From: an uncultured Candidatus Saccharibacteria bacterium
Lineage (GTDB): Bacteria > Patescibacteriota > Minisyncoccia > Phycocordibacterales > UBA9973
Reading direction: 5' to 3'
NCBI GenBank assembly: GCA_964426555.1
Contig: CAYRQJ010000002.1
Span: 29,556-93,555 of the forward strand
Length of the DNA stretch: 64,000 nucleotides
Position 1 is the stretch's first letter. Each line of letters opens with the position of its first letter. The notes under the pieces are model-generated. The model did no database searches. It saw only the letters and a list, made by a program, of their open reading frames with translations, and was not told the DNA's origin. The translations under genes were made by a program, and so were the position numbers. Below are positions 51,708-62,809 of this stretch, piece after piece.

Positions 51708-52883
51708 CTAGTCTGTAACTTTAACCAAAGCGTCAGTAGTATATTTATTTTTAGGATCCCATAGTAACCATGAATGTAACCCCAAATCTTCTAATGCTTT
51801 TATTTGCTCTCTTACCATGTGTGTATCATAATTTACACCATCTAATGAGAAATCTTGAAGCCATGGACGAATTTCGGTATTAGAATTTATTAATTCTCTT
51901 CTTTTTATTGCATCTTGCATTGAAAGACTGACTGTTTCGTATGGACTATTAACTGGAGATTTAATATTTTTATAACCAGCGTAAAAATGGCTTGGGTATA
52001 TCATAGGAGCAATGGCATTAGAATATAATAATAAATCTTCATAATACTGCCCTATTCCCATATCATCTTGTGTTGATACTATTTGCCCAAACACGTCTAA
52101 AGATATTGGAATATTTTTTGCAGATAATTCTGTATACATATGTTTACTAAAATTTGTAATTACTGTTTGTTTACTTTCATTTTTAGATATAGGAAAAATT
52201 TTATCTTTACTACCATCAGTTGGAAAACGAATATAATCAAAATTTATTTCATCAAATCCAATATCATATGCTTCATTAGCAAGATCAAGAATATATTTAT
52301 GGAATTCAGGACTACTAGCATCAACCCAAGATAATCCGTGCCGGTCTACCCAAAGACTTCCATTAGGATTTTGTACAGATAAATTTTTATGATTTTTAGA
52401 ATACACAGGGTCTTCAAATACAGCAATTCGCGCAATAGCATATATACCTTTACTGTGTAATTCTTCTATATACTGCGGCAAATCAACTACTCGTTTTGAT
52501 GCAGCATTTTTTCTATCTATACTGGCATTCTCTCCTGCTGGAGTAGATACAACACCTGTTGAATCTTTAAAGTCTATAACTATCGCATTTATTTCTGTAT
52601 CATCAGCTAATTTTGTTAATCTGTCTCGTATAGATTTAGTCCCAGCAACCCAAGAAGACATATAAATACCTTTTATGTGTTCAGGTTTTGCAATGTGAAT
52701 TTCTTTTTTAGTTTCTTCTTTTGTTTCATTTTTTTCTTTGTTTAAAATATTGACTTGATTAAAATCAAAAGTAAAAAAATTCTCAACAGTTTTAGAATTT
52801 GTAATAGATATATTTATTACAAACAAAGCCAAAGAAATAAATCCTAGGACAAAAACAGTAACACGTAATATTTTTCTAAGCAT
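51708..52883 (-). CDS. Putative glycoside hydrolase (DUF4015-like)
   Basis: KGIYMS, INAIVIDFKD, ARIAVFED, GFDEINFDYIRFP, PMIYPSH, RPWLQDF. Confidence 0.8.
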   Translation of the reverse strand: MLRKILRVTVFVLGFISLALFVINISITNSKTVENFFTFDFNQVNILNKEKNETKEETKKEIHIAKPEHIKGIYMSSWVAGTKSIRDRLTKLADDTEINAIVIDFKDSTGVVSTPAGENASIDRKNAASKRVVDLPQYIEELHSKGIYAIARIAVFEDPVYSKNHKNLSVQNPNGSLWVDRHGLSWVDASSPEFHKYILDLANEAYDIGFDEINFDYIRFPTDGSKDKIFPISKNESKQTVITNFSKHMYTELSAKNIPISLDVFGQIVSTQDDMGIGQYYEDLLLYSNAIAPMIYPSHFYAGYKNIKSPVNSPYETVSLSMQDAIKRRELINSNTEIRPWLQDFSLDGVNYDTHMVREQIKALEDLGLHSWLLWDPKNKYTTDALVKVTD

Positions 52884-53562
52884 AAATTATTATAGTAAAT
52901 TCACCTTTTAATTCTTTTTTATCTAATTCAATTTTTTCTAAATGCTCCACTGCAGTTAGTACACGGATTGTTTCAAACATTTTTGTAACTTCACGAGCTA
53001 CCATTATCTTTGCATCTGGGGCATTATCTTTATACCAATTTAATGTATGTAATATTCTGTGGCATGATTCATAAAATACACACGGTATTTCAGAATTTAT
53101 AGTTTTATTAAAAAAAGTCTCTCGGCCTTTTTTATGCGGAACAAACCCCATAAAAGTAAAGCTATTCCCCATCATTCCAGATACTGATACAGCAGAAATT
53201 ACCGCACTAGCTCCTGGTATTGGAACTATTTTTATTTCTTTATAATTTTCTATTATGTGGTTTATAATTAGTGACCCAGGGTCGGAAATTCCTGGTGTAC
53301 CAGCATCACTAACTAAAGCAACATCCAGCCCGTCTAAAAGTAAATTTACAATATTATCATGAGTTTTTTTACTTGCATGAGCATTATAAGTAGCAGTTTT
53401 AGTTTTTATATTATATTTTTTTGCAATTTTACCGAATTCTCTGGTATCTTCTGCATAAATGTATTGAACACTGGATAGTATCTCCACAGCACGATAAGTA
53501 ATGTCCCCCATGTTACCAATAGGTGTTGCAACTACATATAACGTACCCGGATTTTCGTTCAT
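52876..53562 (-). CDS. rsmI: 16S rRNA C1402 2'-O-methyltransferase RsmI
   Basis: LYVVATPIGN, AEDTR, VSDAGTPGISDPG, PIPGASA, REVTK. Confidence 0.95.
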   Translation of the reverse strand: MNENPGTLYVVATPIGNMGDITYRAVEILSSVQYIYAEDTREFGKIAKKYNIKTKTATYNAHASKKTHDNIVNLLLDGLDVALVSDAGTPGISDPGSLIINHIIENYKEIKIVPIPGASAVISAVSVSGMMGNSFTFMGFVPHKKGRETFFNKTINSEIPCVFYESCHRILHTLNWYKDNAPDAKIMVAREVTKMFETIRVLTAVEHLEKIELDKKELKGEFTIIIYA

Positions 53563-53679
53563 CCCGTTAGAAACAGATCGCGATCAGTACGCGGTCTTGT
53601 TTATTTATTCTTTTAATGTTGATTAAATGTATTTTCATATTTATGTTTTTTATTATTGCGATCGCGGTTTCTAACGGGA
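53562..53679 (-). mobile_element. 118-bp start-codon-associated inverted-repeat element, copy 3 (at rsmI)
   Basis: TCCCGTTAGAAAC...GTTTCTAACGGGA; last base is the A of the rsmI ATG; only TG matches on both flanks. Confidence 0.78.
53567..53638 (-). CDS. Putative 23-aa element peptide MKIHLINIKRINKQDRVLIAICF
   Basis: Same length and position as in copy 2; stop in the right inverted repeat 4 nt before the rsmI ATG. Confidence 0.55.
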   Translation of the reverse strand: MKIHLINIKRINKQDRVLIAICF

Positions 53680-53690
53680 CAGGTATAACC

Positions 53691-54593
53691 TTAGATATTT
53701 ACTAAATTCTTTTGATGTAAAATTCTACATTCTTCTTTACAGTATGCGCTGTGTTCTTCGACACATTCCGGGCAACCTAGAAATTGTTGATGGCAAAATG
53801 GATACGCGCAGTCAAAATAATTTTCTGTTTTATCTTTACAATAATGACATATTCCAATTACAGTATGTTTATCCATATCATCAAAAGTTACAGTTTTTCT
53901 TTGGTCAAAAACATAAAGAGAACCTTTGAATTCTTTATTAGGAAATTCTTTCATATATGTAACCATTCCATTGTGAAGCTGAGCTACATCTTTAAAACCT
54001 TGAGACAGTAAAAATCCACTGGCTTTCTCACATCTCACTCCACCAGTACAAACTGTTACAACTTTTTTTTCTTTAAGATGTTCAATCTCTTTTACTCGTT
54101 CACGTAAATCTCGAAAATTCTTAAGTCCAGGAAAAACTGTTTTTGTAAATTTGCCAACTTCTAGTTCGTAATCGTTACGCATATCGACAATGTAGAATTC
54201 TTCTCCATTTTCGTACATTTTATCCAGTTCGGCTGCTTTTAGTCTTTTACCAGTTATTTTGTGTGGATCAATATCTCGATTATCATCGACTAAATGTAGT
54301 GATACAATTTCTGTGCGGACTTTTACAGAAAGTCGTGGAAAAGCATTACCAATACCAGTAGACTTTTTCCAGTCAATATTTCTAAACTTTTTTTCAGTTT
54401 CCATCCATTTAATATATTTTTCACAGTCTTCGGTTTTACCTTCAACTGTTCCATTTATGCCTTCATTTGCCACTATAATGCGCCCAGTTAACCCCAAAGC
54501 CTCGCAAGCTATCATTTGACGCTGTTTTTCCAACTCGGGTTCCTTAATCCGGACATATTTATAATATAAGAGTATTGTATATTCACTATTCAT
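53691..54593 (-). CDS. trhO: Rhodanese-domain tRNA hydroxylase TrhO (UPF0176)
   Basis: LLYYKY, GRIIVANEGINGT, DMRNDYE..VG.F, CTGGVRCEKAS, GSLYVFD.R. Confidence 0.88.
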   Translation of the reverse strand: MNSEYTILLYYKYVRIKEPELEKQRQMIACEALGLTGRIIVANEGINGTVEGKTEDCEKYIKWMETEKKFRNIDWKKSTGIGNAFPRLSVKVRTEIVSLHLVDDNRDIDPHKITGKRLKAAELDKMYENGEEFYIVDMRNDYELEVGKFTKTVFPGLKNFRDLRERVKEIEHLKEKKVVTVCTGGVRCEKASGFLLSQGFKDVAQLHNGMVTYMKEFPNKEFKGSLYVFDQRKTVTFDDMDKHTVIGICHYCKDKTENYFDCAYPFCHQQFLGCPECVEEHSAYCKEECRILHQKNLVNI

Positions 54594-54635
54594 ACGTAAC
54601 TACTATAGCAAATTATGGCTATTTTTCAAACAAAT

Positions 54636-54669
54636 AAAAAATCCCCGCATAGAATTGCGGGGATTTTTT
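54636..54669 (-). terminator. Terminator of the atp operon
   Basis: AAAAAATCCCCGCA-loop-TGCGGGGATTTTTT. Confidence 0.8.
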
Positions 54670-54684
54670 GTGTAGATTATTATT

Positions 54685-55116
54685 TTAAAGACCACGTCTT
54701 TTTGCAGTTTTGATACGAGCAAGATTTCTCTCAAGTGAACTTTGGAATCTAGCAAAATCAATATCTGAAAGAGTAGATTTTTGTTCCATAGCAACTCTAG
54801 CTCTTTCGTATGCTTCTTCTGCTTGAGCAAGATCAATTTCTTCAGCTATTTCTGAATGAGTAACAAGTAATGTAACACTATTGTCTCCACCAATTTGTAA
54901 AACTCCTCTAGTTACAGCAAAATAATTATCTTTACCGTCTAGTCGTAAAGTTAAAATGCCTGGCTTTGCTAAAGTTACTAACTCTGTATGATGTGGCAAT
55001 ATTGTAATTTCACCAGATTCTGTAGGAATACTTATTGAATCTGCAAAAGACTGATACACAACTTTTTCTGGTGTAACAATACGTAGACTCATTTTATTAT
55101 TTCCTTGAAAATCCAT
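54685..55116 (-). CDS. atpC: ATP synthase epsilon subunit
   Basis: LRIVTPE, GEITILPHH, AEEID; operon position. Confidence 0.93.
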   Translation of the reverse strand: MDFQGNNKMSLRIVTPEKVVYQSFADSISIPTESGEITILPHHTELVTLAKPGILTLRLDGKDNYFAVTRGVLQIGGDNSVTLLVTHSEIAEEIDLAQAEEAYERARVAMEQKSTLSDIDFARFQSSLERNLARIKTAKRRGL

Positions 55117-55122
55117 ATAATA

Positions 55123-56532
<1,410 letters not shown>

Positions 56533-57444
56533 TTAATCTACTTGTAATGCGCTGGCTCCACCAACAATTTCACTAATTTCCTGAGTAATCGCACTTTGTC
56601 GAGCATTATTATACGTCAACTGTAAATCATCAAGCAAATCAGAAGCGTTATCTCCGGCATTTTTCATGGCAAACATACGAGCACTGTGTTCTGAAGCATG
56701 AGATTCGGCAAGAGCTTGATAAAGAGTAGTTGTAACCATAGAAGGTAAAATTGCATCTAATATTGCAGAGAGAGACGGTTCAAATGTTGTGTTTGAGAAA
56801 TCATATTCGGTATGAGATTCTCTAGAATTTTGGTCTCCAATTGTATCAACAATATTTGTGAATAAGTCCATAGAAGCTGGCAGTAATTTTGTATAAATTG
56901 GTTTATACATAGTTGTTTTAATAAACTCGGTATAACACATATAGACATTATCGTATTCGGCTTCAAGAAACTTTTTTTGAATCATCTTCGATATAACTTC
57001 TAAAGATTCATTATTTGATGATTCATTAAACTCTACAAAACTAGCAATTATTTTATATTTAAGCTTATTTGCTATTTTTTCAGCATATTTCCCTATCGTA
57101 ATAACATGTACTTCGTCTTTTGTGTTTTTTAAAGATGAAGATAACATTTTAAATAAATTAACATGATATCCTCCACATAATCCTTTATTTCCACCATAAA
57201 GTACAACTAAGATTTTACCTACTTTGGTTTCTTTCTCTGACATTAGAGAATGTGTACCAGGTGCCATTTTTTGTAAATATGCAACCAACTTTAGACCAAG
57301 TATGGCATATGTTCTGGAACCAAGAGTTCGTATTGTTGATTTTCTCATTTTTGATACAGAAACCATTTCCATAGTTTTTGTTATCTTTTTGATATTTGCA
57401 ACAGACTTTATCTTTTGTTTAATAATTTTAGATTGTACAGGCAT
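56533..57444 (-). CDS. atpG: ATP synthase gamma subunit
   Basis: KITKTMEMVS, KGLCGG, SEHSARM.AM, RQSAITQEISEI. Confidence 0.96.
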   Translation of the reverse strand: MPVQSKIIKQKIKSVANIKKITKTMEMVSVSKMRKSTIRTLGSRTYAILGLKLVAYLQKMAPGTHSLMSEKETKVGKILVVLYGGNKGLCGGYHVNLFKMLSSSLKNTKDEVHVITIGKYAEKIANKLKYKIIASFVEFNESSNNESLEVISKMIQKKFLEAEYDNVYMCYTEFIKTTMYKPIYTKLLPASMDLFTNIVDTIGDQNSRESHTEYDFSNTTFEPSLSAILDAILPSMVTTTLYQALAESHASEHSARMFAMKNAGDNASDLLDDLQLTYNNARQSAITQEISEIVGGASALQVD

Positions 57445-57453
57445 AGTATAATA

Positions 57454-58947
57454 TTATGAAATAATTTCTGTAGCATCTTTTAAAGCAACAGCAAGAGAAG
57501 CTTCTATGTCATCATTCCAATTTTTTTCCAAATCTTTCAATAATGTTCCATAACTATTTTTCATATAAGTAAGAAAAGCTTCTTGTTTTTCTTTTATAGC
57601 TGAAACATCAAAAGAATCAAAGAACCCATTATTAGCTGCAAAAATAACAGCAACTTGTTCTCCTACTGGCATTGGTGCATATTGAACTTGTTTTAAAAGT
57701 TCAGTAATTCTTTTTCCGCGGTTAAGTTGTTTTTTTGTTTCTGGATCAAGGTCTGAATCAAATTGAGCAAAACTTTCTAATTCACGATACTGCGCCATAG
57801 CTAATTTTAGTTTACCTGCTGTTTTTTTCATTGGCTTTGTTTGAGCACTAGAACCAACACGAGAAACAGATAATCCAACGTTAATCGCAGGACGAATACC
57901 TTTGTAGAAAAGCCCTGATTCAAGAAAGATTTGTCCATCTGTAATTGAAATAACGTTTGTAGGAACATAAGCAGAAATATCTCCAGCTTGAGTTTCAATA
58001 ATTGGCAACGCTGTTATAGAACCACCTCCCGCTTCAATGTTGCGACGACATGCTCTTTCAAGTAAACGAGAATGCAAATAAAACACATCCCCCGGATACG
58101 CTTCACGGCCTGGTGGACGACGTAATAGCAATGAAATTTCACGATACGCTACAGCGTGTTTTGATAAATCATCATATACAATTAATACATCGTTACCTTT
58201 GTCCATGTAGTATTCAGCAATTGCAACACCCACATATGGTGCCAAATAAGAATAAGCTGGACCTTCGGCAGCACCTGCTGCAACAATTGTTGTGTATTCC
58301 ATTGCTCCAGACTTACGCAAGATTTCAATAGTTCTAGCAATTTTAGATTGTTTTTGTCCAATGGCTACATATACACAAAGCATATTTTGGCCACGCTGGT
58401 TTATTATTGTGTCTATAGCAACAGCACTTTTACCTGTTTGGCGGTCACCAATAATTAGCTCACGTTGACCACGACCAATTGGGATCATAGCATCAATTGC
58501 AAGAATTCCAGTTTGTACAGGTTGATCAACACCTTGACGATCCATAACACCTGGAGCTGTTTTTTCTACAGGATAATAATCTTTTGTAATTACAGCTTTA
58601 CCACCATCAACAGTTTCTCCGATTGGGTTAACAACGCGTCCAACCAAATCCATAGAGACAGGAATAGAAAGTATTCTTTTTGTACGTAAAACTTGATCTC
58701 CTTCTTTTAAAGAAGTATAATCTCCTAAAATAATTACTCCGATTGAATCTTCTTCCAGGTTAAGAGCGATACCAAAAATTCCATTTGGAAATGATAGCAT
58801 TTCATTTGATTGACATCCTGGCAAACCAGAGACACGAGCAATACCGTCAGTAATAGAAAGTATATTCCCGTATTCTTCTGTAGAAATTGAAATATCAAAA
58901 TTTTTGATATTTTCTTGTATGTTTTGTATTAGTGAATCTATTTTCAT
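57454..58947 (-). CDS. atpA: ATP synthase alpha subunit
   Basis: GDRQTGKS, PPGREAYPGDVFYLHSRLLER. Confidence 0.98.
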   Translation of the reverse strand: MKIDSLIQNIQENIKNFDISISTEEYGNILSITDGIARVSGLPGCQSNEMLSFPNGIFGIALNLEEDSIGVIILGDYTSLKEGDQVLRTKRILSIPVSMDLVGRVVNPIGETVDGGKAVITKDYYPVEKTAPGVMDRQGVDQPVQTGILAIDAMIPIGRGQRELIIGDRQTGKSAVAIDTIINQRGQNMLCVYVAIGQKQSKIARTIEILRKSGAMEYTTIVAAGAAEGPAYSYLAPYVGVAIAEYYMDKGNDVLIVYDDLSKHAVAYREISLLLRRPPGREAYPGDVFYLHSRLLERACRRNIEAGGGSITALPIIETQAGDISAYVPTNVISITDGQIFLESGLFYKGIRPAINVGLSVSRVGSSAQTKPMKKTAGKLKLAMAQYRELESFAQFDSDLDPETKKQLNRGKRITELLKQVQYAPMPVGEQVAVIFAANNGFFDSFDVSAIKEKQEAFLTYMKNSYGTLLKDLEKNWNDDIEASLAVALKDATEIIS

Positions 58948-58948
58948 A

Positions 58949-59344
58949 TTATGCAGTTAAATTTTCTTCTAATTTGTTGAGCATGCTTTTGATAGACGCA
59001 TCGTATATGGTACCATTTTGTTTTAAAACAAAACCCCCAAGAAGTGAAGAATCAACAAAAGACTCTATATGAACTTCTCCTGCACCTTCTTTAAGAAAAC
59101 CTTTTACTAAATTATTCATAGTTTCTTTACTTAGTTCATGAGAACTAGTTAAATGACATTCACGTAAGACTGTATCTTTTTCTTGAATTCTTTTTAAATG
59201 AGAAAGAATCTTAGGTAAAGAAGATACCATATGGTGTCTTTTTAAAAAAGAAGTAAGAGATTGTGCCATTTCTTGTGCATCTTTTCCATTATGCGCAATA
59301 TGATGTGCATATAAAGATTCAGCGATTGTGCGAGATTTAATCAT
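58949..59344 (-). CDS. atpH: ATP synthase delta subunit (short)
   Basis: VDSSLLGGF...YDASIK; operon position. Confidence 0.85.
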   Translation of the reverse strand: MIKSRTIAESLYAHHIAHNGKDAQEMAQSLTSFLKRHHMVSSLPKILSHLKRIQEKDTVLRECHLTSSHELSKETMNNLVKGFLKEGAGEVHIESFVDSSLLGGFVLKQNGTIYDASIKSMLNKLEENLTA

Positions 59345-59347
59345 ACT

Positions 59348-59845
59348 TTATGAATTTTTCTTACTAATACCCGCAGTGAATCGTTCATTATCTTCTTTTG
59401 TAAATCCAGTAGAAAGAATTTTTTCTAGACTATTTTTTATTAAAATAGCTGTTTCTTTTTGGATATTTGCAGTCATTTCATCTTTTTCTCTGGCTAATTC
59501 CTTTTTCCCTGATTCTAAAATCTGCTCTTTTTGTATTTGAGCTTCTTGTGAAGACGCGTCAATGATACTTTTAGATTTTTCTTCTGCGGAACTCAAAAGA
59601 TCACGAACTGTATTTTGAGTTTCAGTAAGTATTTCTGATTTTTTAGATTCTGCTTCTAAAAGCTTTTTCTCTGCGCGTTCGGCCTTGTTAAGACCTTCGC
59701 GTATTTTGCCATCTCGAACTCTCATCATTTTCATAAGAGGTTTACCAAGAACAAAATAAACAAGCACAAGCACAATTGCAAAGTTAATTACTTGAGCAAT
59801 AATAAGTTTTAGATCGATGTGAAAAGTTGAAATGATTGCATCCAT
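59348..59845 (-). CDS. atpF: ATP synthase b subunit
   Basis: AQVINF TM, KPL..R..KIREGL coiled coil. Confidence 0.92.
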   Translation of the reverse strand: MDAIISTFHIDLKLIIAQVINFAIVLVLVYFVLGKPLMKMMRVRDGKIREGLNKAERAEKKLLEAESKKSEILTETQNTVRDLLSSAEEKSKSIIDASSQEAQIQKEQILESGKKELAREKDEMTANIQKETAILIKNSLEKILSTGFTKEDNERFTAGISKKNS

Positions 59846-59880
59846 AAGGAAAGTTTACGTTAAAAGATAATAATAAAATA

Positions 59881-60111
<231 letters not shown>

Positions 60112-60127
60112 TTAATAAATAATAATA

Positions 60128-61072
60128 CTACACCGAGCTTGGCACATTTTCGTGTGCTAAATGTTTTTCATCATGAGATTCTGACTCGTGAGAGTCATGT
60201 TCATCATGGTCGGTTGCTTGAATTGAGAAATAAACAGTAGTGAGCATTGAAAAAATAAATGCTTGTATAATACCAACAAAGAATTCCAAGAAAAGGAAAG
60301 GTATAGGTAAGAAGAATGCAAGCAAAGCGCTCATTGAAGCAAGTAACACTTCTCCGGCAAATACATTACCATACAAACGGAAAGAAAGTGATGCTACTTT
60401 TGCTATTTCACCAACAGCTTCTAATGCTCCAACAAAAAAATGAATTGGTGCAACAACTAATATTGTTGGATCTTTTAAAAAGTGTCTCATTTTTAATAGT
60501 TCACCAATTTTTATATATTTGTTTATTCCCTTCCATAAACCAAGAACTACTATACCGAAAATATTAGAAGCAATAACAGTAAATATAGCAATTGCTAATG
60601 TTGTATTAATATCTGCAGTTGCTCCGCGAAGCATCGGTATAAATACATTGTGCCCATCATGATTTACAATATGTCCAAATGCTCCCACACCTGGCAATAT
60701 TCCAACCCAGTTATTAATAAGAACAAACATAAACAAAGAAAAAGATATTGGAAATATTTTTAAAGAAAGTTTTCTTGAGCCAGTTACTTGGTCACATAGA
60801 TTTAATGCGCCATCTATTATAAGTTCAAAAAAATTCTGAACTTTACCAGGTATTAATCTAAGTTTTCTTATTCTAACAAACAGAACAATCAATAAAACAA
60901 AACCTACAGCAACCCAGCTTGTCAAAAGCGAATTTGTAACAGTAAAACTACCAATATTAAAAATTGGTTCTGCATACAATGTTGCTTCATGGCTAACATT
61001 TTCAGTAGCGGTAGAAGCATGATTATCTTCTACAGTTTCAGTATTATGATTTAAATTATTTTCTTGACTCAT
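60128..61072 (-). CDS. atpB: ATP synthase a subunit
   Basis: NNWVGILPG, TADINTT, SLSFRLYGNVFAGE, IQAFIF. Confidence 0.95.
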   Translation of the reverse strand: MSQENNLNHNTETVEDNHASTATENVSHEATLYAEPIFNIGSFTVTNSLLTSWVAVGFVLLIVLFVRIRKLRLIPGKVQNFFELIIDGALNLCDQVTGSRKLSLKIFPISFSLFMFVLINNWVGILPGVGAFGHIVNHDGHNVFIPMLRGATADINTTLAIAIFTVIASNIFGIVVLGLWKGINKYIKIGELLKMRHFLKDPTILVVAPIHFFVGALEAVGEIAKVASLSFRLYGNVFAGEVLLASMSALLAFFLPIPFLFLEFFVGIIQAFIFSMLTTVYFSIQATDHDEHDSHESESHDEKHLAHENVPSSV

Positions 61073-61077
61073 GTAAA

Positions 61078-61437
61078 TTAATTATTCTTAGTATCTGTAT
61101 CTTCTAAATGTATATTATGGTAAGACAGTTCTCTGATTGACTGCACATCATTTTCTTTTTTGTTTTTTTCTTCATTTTCACTATTTACTAAAGATTTTAC
61201 ATATTTTTTTGATTCTTTAATAAGTCCATAGAAAGAAAAAATTACAGAACCAATCACACATATTAAAAATACATATTGTGGTGCGTGGATTTTATCAACA
61301 AGAAAATTTCCTAAGAAAAAACCACATAAAACAGGAAATGCAATCCAACCAGAAAGACTTAAACCAAATCCTAATTGCTGGGTCATTAGACCTTGCTGTT
61401 TTTGTTTTTTACTCATGTTGATTTTTTTATCATCCAT
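61078..61437 (-). CDS. AtpZ/AtpI-family membrane protein
   Basis: Two TM segments, first gene of the atp operon; start could be a downstream Met. Confidence 0.7.
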   Translation of the reverse strand: MDDKKINMSKKQKQQGLMTQQLGFGLSLSGWIAFPVLCGFFLGNFLVDKIHAPQYVFLICVIGSVIFSFYGLIKESKKYVKSLVNSENEEKNKKENDVQSIRELSYHNIHLEDTDTKNN

Positions 61438-61438
61438 G

Positions 61439-61510
61439 TGCGTGTACTTGGAATCGGACCAAGGGCCTCTGTCTTATCAGGACAGCGTTCTACCACTGAA
61501 CTATACACGC
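61439..61510 (-). tRNA. tRNA-Ile (GAU)
   Basis: GCGTGTA acceptor stem, D arm GTTC/GAAC, anticodon arm CTGTC-CTGATAA-GACAG, T arm CTTGG-TCCGATT-CCAAG; CCA not encoded. Confidence 0.93.
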
Positions 61511-61587
61511 AACTACAAATAAAATTTCGCCAGTAGAATTTCCACTAAGCGCCTAGATTATAGCAAAATTATGTCTTTAAAGCAAAT

Positions 61588-61620
61588 AAAAAGGTCAGTC
61601 CACTTTGGGTGGAACTGACC
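61588..61620 (-). terminator. Terminator overlapping the end of the upstream ORF
   Basis: Minus strand GGTCAGTTCCAC-CCAAA-GTGGACTGACC-TTTTT. Confidence 0.65.
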
Positions 61621-61858
61621 ATGTTTTTGTCATAAAGATAATGTTTAGCAATAATGGCATAAACATTAACCCCATGTTTTGAGGAGTAAAACCGAGATTA
61701 AACAAATCAAACTTCATCTCATAAGACATAACGTTGATTTGGAAGAACCAGACTACAATGGCTACCAAAATATTTTTATACAACTTACTATAATGTTCAG
61801 CTTTATGCATAAAACTAAGTGGTGCTATAAGCAAAATTAAGTAAACAAATACTTTCAT
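61595..61858 (-). CDS. Hypothetical small membrane protein
   Basis: 87 aa, three hydrophobic segments. Confidence 0.5.
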   Translation of the reverse strand: MKVFVYLILLIAPLSFMHKAEHYSKLYKNILVAIVVWFFQINVMSYEMKFDLFNLGFTPQNMGLMFMPLLLNIIFMTKTWSVPPKVD

Positions 61859-61870
61859 ATAATATATGAT

Positions 61871-62713
61871 TTACCAGTTTTTACCTTTTTTAGGAGCAGT
61901 CTGAATCAGTGAAAACCTAAGAAAACCATAAACTGCATGAAAATGGTAGTTTTCAAACGATACAGTTGTACCCAATATTAATCTTTCGTCTAATATTTTT
62001 TTATGCCTGAGACCTAAATCTATTTCTAGTAGACTGGTTTTACCTCGAGATAAAAAATATGTTTCGGTAGATAAGATAGAATTTTTATACCTCAATGGTT
62101 GAGTCTGTATAAATATTGAGTGCTGTATACCATTTCTTTGAGTTGAAGTATCACTTTCCCCTTTGTGATAAAAATGATACCCAGTAGAATAACGAAATAT
62201 ATGGAACACTTTATGAAATTTCTTCATATCACTAAGATACAAAGTAGTTCCTAAGAATTCCGAACGGCGATATGGATTATGACCAAGTCGATCATTGTCT
62301 ATACCAAACGACAAATCTATTGGAAACTTAAAGATTGTTAAATCTATAGCTCCCGTAGAGAAATGCCCAACTTTTTCGTCAACGTGTTTTTTATTCACAC
62401 GAAATGATGATAAGAATAAACGTCCAGAAAATACTTCGTTGATTGGAAACTGGCATTGCATAAAAAACGCAAAATCCATTGCATTATTAATACCGATTTC
62501 CAAATTTTCAATACGAACAAATGAATCAACTTGTTCGCAGTCCATACCAATTAATCTTTTCTTCTCGCAACTCGTATGAGCAGTGTCATGAGTTGTAATT
62601 ATTTTGATACTGTCTTCGTCGGCATTGTCAGTATTTAGCATACTTTGTGCCAAAATTTCTTTTGGTAAAATCAGGATAATAATCCCGAACGTGATTTTGT
62701 ATATTTTTTTCAT
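61871..62713 (-). CDS. Hypothetical exported beta-strand-rich protein
   Basis: Signal peptide ending ILA-Q; alternating hydrophobic/aromatic strands. Confidence 0.6.
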   Translation of the reverse strand: MKKIYKITFGIIILILPKEILAQSMLNTDNADEDSIKIITTHDTAHTSCEKKRLIGMDCEQVDSFVRIENLEIGINNAMDFAFFMQCQFPINEVFSGRLFLSSFRVNKKHVDEKVGHFSTGAIDLTIFKFPIDLSFGIDNDRLGHNPYRRSEFLGTTLYLSDMKKFHKVFHIFRYSTGYHFYHKGESDTSTQRNGIQHSIFIQTQPLRYKNSILSTETYFLSRGKTSLLEIDLGLRHKKILDERLILGTTVSFENYHFHAVYGFLRFSLIQTAPKKGKNW

Positions 62714-62809
62714 AGCTTTAGTTTTTTATATTTTGAATTTTGTGAATTATATCACAAAAAAGACCACAAATCAAGTAGTTATGTCAAGTATTTGTGGATA
62801 AACTATGTT

